The notes under the pieces: generated by a model
The model's input: only the letters and a program-made list of their open reading frames with translations
Databases searched by the model: none
What the model was told of the DNA's origin: nothing
NCBI GenBank assembly: GCA_003056165.1
Contig: LSNR01000014.1
Location: 6,408-70,407 of the forward strand
From: Parcubacteria group bacterium M6-OD1-3
Lineage (GTDB): Bacteria; Patescibacteriota; Minisyncoccia; Moranbacterales; UBA9337
Length of the DNA: 64,000 nucleotides
Reading direction: 5' to 3'
Part shown: piece by piece, positions 26,800-37,202 of the stretch
How the letters are laid out: every line of letters begins with the position of its first letter
Position numbering within the stretch: the first letter of the stretch is position 1
Made by a program: the position numbers and the translations under genes

Positions 26800-28779
26800 A
26801 TGTCAAAAATATTAGGAATTGACCTTGGAACAACAAACAGCGCGATGGCTGTCGTTCAAGGAGGTAAACCGGAAATTATTGAAAATAAAGAGGGTAATAG
26901 AACAACCCCTTCAATGGTGGCGGTTAATAAAAATGGTGAAAGATTAGTTGGTCTTTTGGCAAAAAGACAAGCAGTGGCTAATCCGGAGAACACTTTGTTT
27001 TCTGTAAAAAGATTAATTGGAAGAAATTTTGATGATGCAGAAGTACAGGAAGACATTAAATTGATGCCATACAAGATTGTCAAAGGTGGAAAAGGTGAAA
27101 CAAAAGTGAAAATGGGAGACAAGGAATATACTCCGCGAGAAATTTCCGCAATGATTTTGCAAAAACTAAAAGCGGATGCTGAAGATAAATTGGGAGAAAA
27201 AATTGAAGAAGCGGTAATTACTGTGCCGGCATATTTTGATGATTCTCAAAGAAAAGCGACTAAGGAGGCTGGAGAAATTGCCGGGTTAAAGGTGAAAAGA
27301 ATTATTAATGAACCGACTGCCGCTGCCTTAGCGTACGGTTTTGATAAAAAGAAAAACGAAAAAATTGCCGTTTATGATTTAGGTGGTGGAACATTTGATA
27401 TCTCCATCTTAGAAGTTGGTGATGATACGGTTGAAGTAATATCAACAAATGGAGATACTCATTTGGGTGGAGATGATTTTGATCAAGTTCTTATTAATTG
27501 GATTATTGATGAATTTAAAAAGCAGGAAGGAATTGATTTGAGTAACGATAACTTAGCTTTACAAAGAATTAAAGAGTCTGCGGAAAAAGCGAAAATTGAG
27601 CTTTCTACCGCACAAGAAACTGAGATTAATCAACCATTTATTACTACTGATGACTCCGGTCCAAAACATTTAGTAATGACATTAAGTAGAGCTAAACTGC
27701 AAGAATTAGTCAGTGATCTATCTGCAAAAACAATGGAGCCGGTTAAAAAAGCTTTGGCGGATGCGAAACTGGAAACTAAGGATATTAATGAAGTGATTAT
27801 GGTTGGTGGAATGACAAGAATGCCTTTAATTCAAGAAGAAGTTGAAAAATTCTTTGGTAAAAAACCAAATGCAACGATGAATCCTGACGAGGTAGTGGCG
27901 ATGGGAGCAGCTATTCAAGGTGGAGTTTTGACTGGTGATGTAAAAGATGTATTATTGCTTGATGTAACACCATTGACTTTAGGATTGGAAACAATGGGCG
28001 GAATTTCTACTCCATTGATTGAACGAAACACAACTATTCCAACGAAGAAATCGCAAATTTTCTCAACAGCAGTTGAAAATCAGCCAAGTGTGGAAATTCA
28101 TGTTTTACAAGGTGAGCGAGAAATGGCGGAAGGAAATAAAAGTTTAGGAAGATTTATTCTTGATGGAATTGCCCCGGCTCCGCGTGGAGTGCCACAAGTT
28201 GAAGTAACATTTGACATTGATGCTAATGGAATTTTAAATGTTTCTGCTAAGGATAAAGCAACTGGAAAAGAGCAGTCTATACGAATTGAAGCTTCCAGTG
28301 GAGTAAGTGAAGAAGAGATTGAAAAGATGAAAAAAGACGCCGAGACTCATGCCGAAGAAGATAAAAAGAAAAAGGAAGCGGTTGAAACTAGAAATGTGGC
28401 GGAAAGTTTAATTAGCACTACCGAAAAAGCAATTAAAGAGGCTGGTGATAAAATTTCTGCGGACAAGAAAAAACCGGTTGAAGAAAAAATGGAAGCTTTA
28501 AAGAAAACTCTTAAAGATGAAAAAGCTGATACTGAGGCAATTAAAAAAGCGACGGAAGAATTTTCAACCGAAGCCCAAAAGATTGGCGAAGAGCTTTATA
28601 AAGCAACTGCTCCAGAAGGTGGAGATCCTGCTAGCCAAGCCGAAGCTTCAGCGAAGGCTGGGAGTGAAGGTCAAGCCGGAACTAAAGAAGCTCCAAAGGA
28701 TGCTGAGACAGAGCCGGCTAAAGAGGAAGAAAAGAAAAAAGACGATAGTGGAGATAAAAAAGACGAAGAGAAGAAATAG
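26800..28779 (+). CDS. dnaK: molecular chaperone DnaK (Hsp70)
   Basis: [28 protein letters not shown]-like motifs over the full-length protein. Confidence 0.95.
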   Translation: MSKILGIDLGTTNSAMAVVQGGKPEIIENKEGNRTTPSMVAVNKNGERLVGLLAKRQAVANPENTLFSVKRLIGRNFDDAEVQEDIKLMPYKIVKGGKGETKVKMGDKEYTPREISAMILQKLKADAEDKLGEKIEEAVITVPAYFDDSQRKATKEAGEIAGLKVKRIINEPTAAALAYGFDKKKNEKIAVYDLGGGTFDISILEVGDDTVEVISTNGDTHLGGDDFDQVLINWIIDEFKKQEGIDLSNDNLALQRIKESAEKAKIELSTAQETEINQPFITTDDSGPKHLVMTLSRAKLQELVSDLSAKTMEPVKKALADAKLETKDINEVIMVGGMTRMPLIQEEVEKFFGKKPNATMNPDEVVAMGAAIQGGVLTGDVKDVLLLDVTPLTLGLETMGGISTPLIERNTTIPTKKSQIFSTAVENQPSVEIHVLQGEREMAEGNKSLGRFILDGIAPAPRGVPQVEVTFDIDANGILNVSAKDKATGKEQSIRIEASSGVSEEEIEKMKKDAETHAEEDKKKKEAVETRNVAESLISTTEKAIKEAGDKISADKKKPVEEKMEALKKTLKDEKADTEAIKKATEEFSTEAQKIGEELYKATAPEGGDPASQAEASAKAGSEGQAGTKEAPKDAETEPAKEEEKKKDDSGDKKDEEKK

Positions 28780-28805
28780 ATAGAGGAAATAAATAGAAAA
28801 TAATC

Positions 28806-28832
28806 AAGCGGGGCTTACGCCCCGCTTTATTA
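28806..28832 (+). terminator. rho-independent terminator (aagcggggcttacgccccgcttt)
   Basis: Stem gcggggc/gccccgc plus a T-run. Confidence 0.8.
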
Positions 28833-28869
28833 TGATAGAAATGCACGCTATTATGTGATGTAGACAGAA

Positions 28870-29301
28870 ATTTCTAACTATTACGCACAACTTTCCCAGA
28901 CCACGCTTTTGTGATTTCATCAATCAAAATGGCAAATTCCAAACCTTCTTTTACCCCTCTTTCTTGCCATTCATCCGTAAGGCTTAAAAGGTTCAGCTTT
29001 TGGCGATGGAATTGATTGAATTATACGCAATAAATTTTGAGTTGAAAAACAATCGGTAGAGTATTTCTTTTTTCTATCAGAAGAAATTAATTTCAGTTGT
29101 ACGATTTTTTCGTATACCTCGCTTCCTTCTTTTCTTAATTTATTTTTTAAATTACTCCAATATCTTTTTGGGATAGTGGAATCAGTTAAAATTCCAATAA
29201 CATCAATGATTGAAAAATACCAAAGCTCATTTTCTTCAGCCTAAATACGATGAACTTGTTTTTCGTGAAATAACACGATTGAATTATCTTTTTTTAGTCA
29301 T
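28870..29301 (-). pseudogene. decayed Bro-N/DinD-like (phage antirepressor-type) gene with an A7-run frameshift, a TGG-to-TAG nonsense and a second frameshift
   Basis: Stitched frames read MTKKDNSIVLFHEKQVHRI*AEENELWYFSIIDVIGILTDS...SIPSPKAEPFKPYG, a recognisable Bro-N-like family. No intact ORF appears in the track. Confidence 0.45.
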
Positions 29302-29598
29302 ATTTTTTAATCTTTTTGGAAAATTTTTTTATCTTTAATATATTAATTTCTATTAAATTTTCAATTTCCTTTTCTCCTCATTAAAATTAGAAAAAATAAA
29401 AATTTCATTCCTTATTTAAATTCTTCAATAAAATTTCTTAATTGAGAAAGATTATTGAAAAATATGTCGCACAATGTTTGTGTATATCTGAATTTTTTTA
29501 TTTCTCTTCCTTATTATATCTTAAACAAGAGAGAAATAAAAATTTGGGTGAAGTGAAAGAGAAAAATTAAATAATTTATCCTATATTAAAGTTTTTTT

Positions 29599-30462
29599 TT
29601 ATTTTTTTGCTAACGGGTAGCTTACTATTAAAAGCATCTTGCCACAATTTGGGCAAGAAACATCGAATAGGTCATCATAATATTCGATATTATTCTCTGG
29701 CTTTCCTTTCCATTTGCAGGCAGAGCACTCTAAGATAAGATTTTTATTATAATCCTTGTATTTAATAATTTTCACTGGTACTTCAGGTATAAATTTTGTT
29801 TCTACCATTTGTGCAAATTTTGTTGATATAACTTGTAGATCTTGTGTTAGCGGACTTTCTGGATATTTATTAATTAAGATAGTTATTGTTTCAAGATAGT
29901 TTTTTAGTAATTTTACTTTTGAAGCGTTAAACCTTACAAAAATTTGATCCCCGTCTTTTTTGTAATCTTCAATAATTTCATTTGTGTTTGCAAGGATGTC
30001 CGCTGATTTTACGAGAATAGCTTCATTAGAAAATTCTTTTATGTGTTCCTTCGCTAGCATTTTTCGTTCTTCCCATGACAATGATTTATCTGTTTCTGTT
30101 ACAGCAAGTACTAAATTTGCGACATCTTCGCCAAACCGCTCTTTTAACATTTCAAGACTGACTTTTTTCCTCTCGATGCTATCTTCTATTGTGTCATGAA
30201 GAATCCCCGCACAAATAACATCATCTTTTGCATTTGCATGAGCCAAAATTAATCCTACTGTTAGAGGGTGAGTTATATAGGGAATGTCTTTACCTTTACG
30301 CTTTTGTTTTTGATAAATTTCATGGGTCTTGGTGGCAAATTTAATTGCTTTTTGAATTTTGAAGAGGTGTTTCATATTATTATGGTAACAATAAAATAAA
30401 GAAATTTGAAATTTTTTTAAGACAACCGGGTGATATCTCGTAGAAGAAAAGAGATAACTCAA
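29599..30462 (-). CDS. HD-domain (RelA/SpoT-type) hydrolase with C-terminal zinc ribbon
   Basis: HD motif ITHPLTVGLILA...ILHDTIEDS. C-terminal CSACKWKG...CPNCGK. Confidence 0.6.
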   Translation of the reverse strand: MSYLFSSTRYHPVVLKKFQISLFYCYHNNMKHLFKIQKAIKFATKTHEIYQKQKRKGKDIPYITHPLTVGLILAHANAKDDVICAGILHDTIEDSIERKKVSLEMLKERFGEDVANLVLAVTETDKSLSWEERKMLAKEHIKEFSNEAILVKSADILANTNEIIEDYKKDGDQIFVRFNASKVKLLKNYLETITILINKYPESPLTQDLQVISTKFAQMVETKFIPEVPVKIIKYKDYNKNLILECSACKWKGKPENNIEYYDDLFDVSCPNCGKMLLIVSYPLAKK

Positions 30463-30498
30463 CTAACAATGTTGGGTATATTTGTTTTTTCTCTTTAA

Positions 30499-30750
30499 TT
30501 ATTTTAGTACTTTATTATCATGGTTTTTAAAATAATCAAATAACATTCCCAATAATTCTGTGCTAAATCCAAGTAAAGTCGATATTGTTGCCACTTTAAT
30601 AACGGCATACCAATCAATTTCGCCAAAAATTTTCCATAGCACGCCTACGATAATCCCCAACATTAAACCACCCCAAACTGCATTTCTACTATTCCAATAT
30701 ATTGCCAGCAAAATTAGAGCTATAATAGATAAAAATATCCAAATATGCAT
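30499..30750 (-). CDS. small membrane protein (3 TM), hypothetical
   Basis: Hydrophobic 83-aa ORF. Confidence 0.3.
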   Translation of the reverse strand: MHIWIFLSIIALILLAIYWNSRNAVWGGLMLGIIVGVLWKIFGEIDWYAVIKVATISTLLGFSTELLGMLFDYFKNHDNKVLK

Positions 30751-31212
30751 AGTTTATTATTTATTATCTTTGTTAAAATGTTCTGGTAATAAATGTTTAT
30801 TTTTTATCGGAGACAACTTTAATTTTTGGCGAAATAATAATGCATATTATTATCGTTAAGGGGACCATTACTAATTCTCAAATATTAACTCTGCTCAAAA
30901 TTCATTTCACAATAAAAACGACATTTTATAAATACCCTTTCTTATTAAAATAATATCACGCAAAGTTAGTGAAAGCAAATTAAATTATTGCACCAACTTT
31001 TTAACTTTTGCTTCTGACTATAATGATCCCATAAATCTATACATCAAATTATTATTAAAAAATAAATTAGAATTAAATATCCATTTAAATGGATATTTCT
31101 TTTAATGATAAAAAGATTGTTTCAATGCCATTATTAATAAATATTTTTCAAAAATAAAACCGACTATCCAATTAGCGAAAAGGTGCCGGTTTTTTTGATA
31201 AGTTATTATAAG

Positions 31213-31791
31213 TTAATTCTCTGTATTCTCTGCATTGACGGCGTTACGAAAGCCAAAGAATGAAATAAATATTAACATAATGCCAAGCAGTGATATAACA
31301 GCGAAGAATATACCCGGTATATTGCTGGGTTGAAAATTAAAGACAATTTTTCCAGTGGCAGTATCTATGTCAGACACTGAAGTTATCAATGTAATTATAT
31401 CTGGAGTAATTGGTTTGCTGGAGTTGTAGACTATTATCTTAAAGAGGTATTGTTGCTGACCAAGAAAGTTGATTTCATTGTTTCTCCAAAAATAATAAAC
31501 TTTTAGGAGCGGAGGTAGCCCGCTGGATGATTGATAATAATAGATGCCAATAGGATATTCAGATTTCAGCATTGCATTGAAATCTTCGTCTGTAGCTTCT
31601 TTAAGGATGATTGTATCTTTAAGGACTCGGTATACCTCGCTGTTAATCACCTCATATTTCTTTGGTAGCTTAACCTGCACCACCTGATCTGGCACAGGTT
31701 TAAAAGTGAACCATATATATAAAGGTTTGACGCTAAGAAACAGCGCCAACCCAATGACAAATACTGCTAAATAAAAAAACTTTTTCATCAT
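31213..31791 (-). CDS. membrane protein (N- and C-terminal TM), hypothetical
   Basis: Its ORF overlaps the upstream gene by 4 nt, suggesting an operon. Confidence 0.35.
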   Translation of the reverse strand: MMKKFFYLAVFVIGLALFLSVKPLYIWFTFKPVPDQVVQVKLPKKYEVINSEVYRVLKDTIILKEATDEDFNAMLKSEYPIGIYYYQSSSGLPPLLKVYYFWRNNEINFLGQQQYLFKIIVYNSSKPITPDIITLITSVSDIDTATGKIVFNFQPSNIPGIFFAVISLLGIMLIFISFFGFRNAVNAENTEN

Positions 31792-32054
31792 TCTTCCTCC
31801 AGTTCTTGGTTATTTGACGCAGTCCAATCAACTTCATCGCAGTGTTCATAGAATGCGATGATTTGTTTGGCTTCGGATAGTTTTTGCCTGAGTTCAATGA
31901 TTTCATTTTGGAGGGATTGAACCCTTTTTTGTAAAATGGCAACATTGGTGAACTGTGATGCTTTTATCCGATCATCTATCGAATATGTTGGGTGCTTAAT
32001 TTCTTTCATTTCCTCCCTCCAAAGTTTCAAGTTCAGTGAGTAAGTTGCCGACAT
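31788..32054 (-). CDS. small coiled-coil protein, hypothetical
   Basis: Heptad-rich 88-aa ORF. Confidence 0.3.
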   Translation of the reverse strand: MSATYSLNLKLWREEMKEIKHPTYSIDDRIKASQFTNVAILQKRVQSLQNEIIELRQKLSEAKQIIAFYEHCDEVDWTASNNQELEEE

Positions 32055-32376
32055 AGCAACATTGCTTGTGAACTTTATTTAAAAGAAAAAATTCTTCCTC
32101 AGTTAATTTGAATTTGTCTTCAAGCTCCGAAGAAGACATTTTGTAAATATAATCAATGATTTCTTCGATATACATATTAAACCAGAAAGATGTCATATCT
32201 ATTATAAGCTGTTTATTATCAGCAGTTTCAAGAGTAAGAATCATTGCGTTGTCTTCACTTGAGTTAAGAATATCGAGTAAGCTTCTTAACTCTGCGCTAT
32301 CTAATAACATTTGAAGTAGAATATTTTGTTGATTTTCAAGAATATGTTCCAAATTCCCAAATTGCAATAGTTTCAT
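31996..32376 (-). CDS. acidic helical protein, hypothetical
   Basis: 126-aa ORF overlapping the next gene by 59 nt. Confidence 0.3.
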   Translation of the reverse strand: MKLLQFGNLEHILENQQNILLQMLLDSAELRSLLDILNSSEDNAMILTLETADNKQLIIDMTSFWFNMYIEEIIDYIYKMSSSELEDKFKLTEEEFFLLNKVHKQCCYVGNLLTELETLEGGNERN

Positions 32377-32538
32377 TAAAGTAATCCTCCTGAAAAATAT
32401 TTATTTCACAAAAAATTTTTGTGAAAGATTATGTCAAAGTACTTTGGATTATATTAGGTTGAAAAATGTTAAAAGTCAAGGAAAATTCCCGTTTACAGAG
32501 TTCCCTCTAGGGGCGGATAAAAATCTCGTAGTTTTATT

Positions 32539-32567
32539 TTGACATAAATGTCTAAATTGAGTAGTAT
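32539..32567 (+). promoter_or_regulatory. sigma-70-like promoter TTGACA-17-TAGTAT for the mreB operon
   Basis: Perfect -35 hexamer and a good -10, about 80 nt upstream of mreB. Confidence 0.55.
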
Positions 32568-32646
32568 ATACAACAAGCAAGGAAATAAAACAAAAATACT
32601 TATTTTTTAAAGAGTCTCTAAAATTGATTAGAGGAATATTGTTTTT

Positions 32647-33735
32647 ATGTTTAAAAAAATTAAAAATATCTATCGGAAATTAACGGGGAAAATTTTTGGA
32701 AATATTTCCAAGGACATTGGAATTGATTTAGGGACAGCAAATACTTTGGTTTATGTTAGTGGAAAGGGAATTGTTATTAATGAACCCTCTGTGGTGGCGA
32801 TAAATAAAAAAACCGGACAAATTTTGGCAATTGGCAAAAAGGCCAAAGAAATGGTCGGGAAGACTCCTAGTCATATTGTGGCAACCCGTCCGTTGTTAGA
32901 CGGGGTGGTTAACGACTTCGAAGTGACAGAACAAATGTTACGATATTTTATAGATAAAATTCACCAAGATTCATTTTCTATTTTACCACGTCCGCGAGTT
33001 TTAGTTGGAATTCCTTCTGAAGTAACAGAGGTTGAAAAACGAGCGGTAATTGATGCGACAATTAATGCTGGAGCTCGAGAAGCATACATTATCGACGAGC
33101 CGATGGCGGCGGCAATTGGGGCACACTTACCGGTAACAACGGCGGCGGGAAGTATGATTGTTGATATTGGTGGAGGAACTTCAGAAATTGCAGTTATTTC
33201 TTTGGGAGGAGTTGTTTCTTCGCGAAGTCTACGAGTTGCTGGTGATGAAATGAATGAAGATATTGTTCGATATTGTCGAGACGAATTTAATTTATTGATT
33301 GGAGAAAGAACAGCTGAGGAAATTAAAATTGCTATAGGTAGTGCCTATCCACAAAAAAAGAGATTATTTATGATGATGCGGGGACGAGATTTGGTAAGCG
33401 GTTTACCTAAAGAAGTTAAGGTTAATGATGAGCAAATTCGAGAAGCAATTTCTCGCTCAATAAGAATAATTGTTAATAATATCAAAACGATAATTGAGGA
33501 TACACCACCAGAATTGGTTTCAGATATTATGCAGAAAGGAATTATTTTAGCAGGGGGCGGTAGTTTAATCCGTGGCTTAGATAAACTTATTGCTAATCAA
33601 TCTGGGATATCTGTGCGAACGATGGAAGATCCGCTGACAGCTGTTGCGCGTGGAACTGGTATTGTTTTGGAAGATTTGGAAAATCTAAAAGAAATTTTAG
33701 TGGCAAATCAATATGATGAAAGCCCCTTAAAATAA
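32647..33735 (+). CDS. mreB: rod shape-determining protein MreB
   Basis: DLGTANTLVYV, actin-fold motifs, IVLAGGGSL. Confidence 0.9.
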   Translation: MFKKIKNIYRKLTGKIFGNISKDIGIDLGTANTLVYVSGKGIVINEPSVVAINKKTGQILAIGKKAKEMVGKTPSHIVATRPLLDGVVNDFEVTEQMLRYFIDKIHQDSFSILPRPRVLVGIPSEVTEVEKRAVIDATINAGAREAYIIDEPMAAAIGAHLPVTTAAGSMIVDIGGGTSEIAVISLGGVVSSRSLRVAGDEMNEDIVRYCRDEFNLLIGERTAEEIKIAIGSAYPQKKRLFMMMRGRDLVSGLPKEVKVNDEQIREAISRSIRIIVNNIKTIIEDTPPELVSDIMQKGIILAGGGSLIRGLDKLIANQSGISVRTMEDPLTAVARGTGIVLEDLENLKEILVANQYDESPLK

Positions 33736-33899
33736 AAAAATATAAGACTTCTCATAAAACAGTTCTTCTATTTCGGCTTCTGAATTTTGAATATAAGTTA
33801 TAAAATTGAAACAATGAGTTTCTATAAATTTTTATAAATTGTATCTAAAATTTAAAAATATCGTAACGAATCTCATTTTACAAAAAATCTAAAAATTTT

Positions 33900-34706
33900 A
33901 TGTTTAAAAAAAATTTTTCTAGTAAAATAATTAAAGTAGGATTTATTTTTGTGATGGTAATTTTAGTTATGGTCTGGAATCCACGGTCTGTTTTTGATGG
34001 TCTGGGAAATGTTTTTTTCACTGCAACTTATCCAATACAAAAAATTTTTTCCAGTTCGGCAAATAAGATTTCTTTCTTCGCTAAAACAATTTCATCTATA
34101 GGAAAACTCAAAAGTGAGAATGAGAAGCTTTTATATGAAAACATTTCTTTAAAATCGGATAATGCTAAACTTAAAGATGTTTCCAAAGAAAATGATATTT
34201 TGAGAAATGAAATAGAACTATTACCGAAAGAAAAATTTGATTTAACAGCTGTTCATATTATTGGGCGTGATTTTTATGAAAACAATGATTGGCTGTTAGT
34301 TGACAAAGGGGAGCGAGATGGTTTGAGAAAAGGTATGCCAGTAATTGTTGGTAAAGGTGTCTTAATAGGAAGAATTTCTCAAGTTTTTCCATATAACGCG
34401 AAAATTGTTACTATCACAAATCCTGAAAGCAATATTAATGCAACGACTGTTGAGACTGGAGCTATGGGAATTGTTAAAAGCAAATACGGACTAGGTGTTA
34501 TCTTGGATATGGTATTACAAACTGATTATTTGAAAGTTGGAGATGATGTTATCACTTCTGAAATTAGCCAAAATATTCCTCGAGGTCTATTGATTGGAAA
34601 AATTAAAGAAATTCATCTATCTGAAGATAAACTTTTTCAAACAGCAATTATATCTATGCCAATTGATTTTTCTAAATTGCGATTTGTTTTTGTAATAAAA
34701 AAATAA
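33900..34706 (+). CDS. mreC: rod shape-determining protein MreC
   Basis: TM helix, coiled coil (LKSENEKLLYENISLKSDNAKLK), then a beta-rich domain. Sits in the mreBCD order. Confidence 0.75.
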   Translation: MFKKNFSSKIIKVGFIFVMVILVMVWNPRSVFDGLGNVFFTATYPIQKIFSSSANKISFFAKTISSIGKLKSENEKLLYENISLKSDNAKLKDVSKENDILRNEIELLPKEKFDLTAVHIIGRDFYENNDWLLVDKGERDGLRKGMPVIVGKGVLIGRISQVFPYNAKIVTITNPESNINATTVETGAMGIVKSKYGLGVILDMVLQTDYLKVGDDVITSEISQNIPRGLLIGKIKEIHLSEDKLFQTAIISMPIDFSKLRFVFVIKK

Positions 34707-35248
34707 TGAAATCTTTTTTAATAAGAAGTTCAATAATAATAGTAATAATCTTGTTGCAAATTAATTTTTTAAATTTAATTTTTCCATCCAGTTATACTTT
34801 AAACGTAATTCCTTTAATGGTCATTGCTTGGGTAACCGTAACAAAGTTTGAAAAAATTTGGATATGGATTTTGTTGTTGGGTGCAATGACTGACATTGCC
34901 GAAATGGAAAAATTTGGAAAAAATATTTTATTTTTTGTTGTATTAGCATATTTAGTGAGTTTTTTGTCAAAAAGATTTTTAATTGAGCGTCGTCTGTATG
35001 GGACAATATTGTTAATTCTTTTTATTATAACTATATCATTCATTACAAATTTTAACGGGATTTTAAATTTTGGTAATTTTAGTTTAGATATAATCGTAGA
35101 TAATATTGTAAATAATCTGTTTGCTTGGAAAAGACTGTTGACGGAGTTAGTTTTTGGAATAAGTGTTTTTTATTTAATGTACAATATCCTTAATAAAATA
35201 GAGATGTATTTATCAAAATATGATGATAAATTATTAGGCAATCTTTGA
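34706..35248 (+). CDS. mreD: MreD-like polytopic membrane protein
   Basis: Hydrophobic 180-aa ORF overlapping the mreC stop (TAATG), in the position of mreD. Confidence 0.5.
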   Translation: MKSFLIRSSIIIVIILLQINFLNLIFPSSYTLNVIPLMVIAWVTVTKFEKIWIWILLLGAMTDIAEMEKFGKNILFFVVLAYLVSFLSKRFLIERRLYGTILLILFIITISFITNFNGILNFGNFSLDIIVDNIVNNLFAWKRLLTELVFGISVFYLMYNILNKIEMYLSKYDDKLLGNL

Positions 35249-35269
35249 TGTTGATTTTTTTTAATTCAT

Positions 35270-37138
35270 ATGAGCTACAATAAAAAATACAAGATAAAAG
35301 GTCGTGCAGGCATTGAGGAGATTAGCGATTCAGTAATAATGTCCGGAGATGCTGTCGCTAAAATAGAAACACCTTTTAATAAAAAATTTTTAAATATATT
35401 TTGGTTTTTTATTGTGGGTATGATAGTAGTCTTATTCAGCAGAGTCCTATACCTGACTATTTTTAAGGGAAACTATTACAATACTATTTCTGAGAAAAAT
35501 AGGACCAGAACATTGATTGTAAAAGCCCCTCGCGGGAAAATTTATGACCGCTTTGGCGAAATATTAGTATATAATATTCCTAGTCTAGATTTAATAATGA
35601 TTGCTGACAGCTCAATGAGGCAAAATATCAATAGAAATAAATTGTTACAAAAATTAAAAAAATTGTTTCCAGAAAAATATAATGAGATGGTTGAAAATTT
35701 TAACAATATTTCTGAGACAGATAGTTTTGTTGTTTTATTGAGAGATATGACGCAACGAGAAGCTTTGCTATTTTTAGAGAATAAGGTTGATTTGCCTGGA
35801 TTACAGGTTAGAAAAACTGCTAGGCGTGATTATACTGATGGATTAATCTTTTCCCATATTTTAGGTTATGAGGGCAAGATAAAGAAAAAAGAGCTTGAGA
35901 ATAATGAAGATTATTCATTGACAGATTCTATTGGGAAGCAGGGTTTAGAAAAATATTATGAAAAATATTTACGAGGTATTCCAGGGAAAATAAATTTGGA
36001 AGTGAATTCACGAGGGAAGGTTATCAGGGAGATGGAAATTATCAGTCCAAAACAAGGTAGTGATTTGGTTTTAAATATTGATGCGCAGTTGCAGAAGAAA
36101 ATATTTGATAGTTTATCTGAAACTCTTGAAAAAGAAAATTTAAAGGCTGGAGTAGCAGTGGCAATAAATCCAAAAAACGGGGAGGTGTTGGCGCTGGTAA
36201 GTCTGCCAAGTTATGATAATAATTTATTTTCTAGAGGAATTTCCAGAGAAGATTATGCTCATTTAATTTCTGATCCAAATAAACCAATGTTTGATAGGGC
36301 AATTGCCGGAGAATATCCACCGGGCTCAACATTTAAACCGCTAATGGCTGTTGGTGCTCTTACTGAAGGTGTTATAACTGAGCACACACAGATAGAAAGT
36401 CGTGGTGGAATAAGTGTTGGTAGTTGGTATTTTGGAGATTGGAAAGCTCATGGTTTTACTGATGTCCGAAAAGCAATTGCTGTTTCCAGTGATGTATTTT
36501 TCTATTCAGTTGGAGGAGGCTATGGTGGTATTCGGGGAATTGGAATGAAAAAAATCAAAGAGTATAGCAGTGAATTTGGATTAGGTTCTCCAACAGGAAT
36601 TGATTTGCCTGGAGAGGCGAGTGGGTTTATTCCAACATCGGAATGGAAAAAGAAAAAATTAAATGAAAGATGGTATATTGGCAATACTTATCATGCTTCA
36701 ATTGGGCAAGGTTATGTAACAGCTACCCCCTTGCAATTGGCAGATTATATTGCTACTATCGCCAACGGGGGAACATTATATCAGCCACGAATAGTTTCGC
36801 AAATTAAAAAAGATGGGGAGACTATTTATAACAAAGCAAAAGTAATTAGAAGTGTTTTTGCCAATTCAAAAATAATTAAAATTGTTCAAGAGGGAATGCG
36901 AATGACAGTAACGGATGGAACGGCAAAGATGTTGAATGATTTGCCTGTAGCTGTAGCTGGGAAAACGGGAACGGCACAATATGGAAGAGATGATAAAACT
37001 TTTGGTTGGTTTGTTTCTTATGCCCCTTATGACAATCCAGAGATTGTTTTAGTTATTTTGGTTGAGGGACAAGAAGGTCACGGGTATTATGCTGTGCCAA
37101 TTACGAAAGATATTTATGAATATTATTTTTCTAGGTAG
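35270..37138 (+). CDS. mrdA: penicillin-binding protein 2 (peptidoglycan D,D-transpeptidase)
   Basis: Dimerization domain followed by a transpeptidase with STFKP, SSD, KTGTA motifs. Confidence 0.85.
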   Translation: MSYNKKYKIKGRAGIEEISDSVIMSGDAVAKIETPFNKKFLNIFWFFIVGMIVVLFSRVLYLTIFKGNYYNTISEKNRTRTLIVKAPRGKIYDRFGEILVYNIPSLDLIMIADSSMRQNINRNKLLQKLKKLFPEKYNEMVENFNNISETDSFVVLLRDMTQREALLFLENKVDLPGLQVRKTARRDYTDGLIFSHILGYEGKIKKKELENNEDYSLTDSIGKQGLEKYYEKYLRGIPGKINLEVNSRGKVIREMEIISPKQGSDLVLNIDAQLQKKIFDSLSETLEKENLKAGVAVAINPKNGEVLALVSLPSYDNNLFSRGISREDYAHLISDPNKPMFDRAIAGEYPPGSTFKPLMAVGALTEGVITEHTQIESRGGISVGSWYFGDWKAHGFTDVRKAIAVSSDVFFYSVGGGYGGIRGIGMKKIKEYSSEFGLGSPTGIDLPGEASGFIPTSEWKKKKLNERWYIGNTYHASIGQGYVTATPLQLADYIATIANGGTLYQPRIVSQIKKDGETIYNKAKVIRSVFANSKIIKIVQEGMRMTVTDGTAKMLNDLPVAVAGKTGTAQYGRDDKTFGWFVSYAPYDNPEIVLVILVEGQEGHGYYAVPITKDIYEYYFSR

Positions 37139-37202
37139 AAATTATTTATAATAGAATTTAGGTTTTGTGCAATTATAATCAATCTGTAATTTTATATAAT
37201 TT

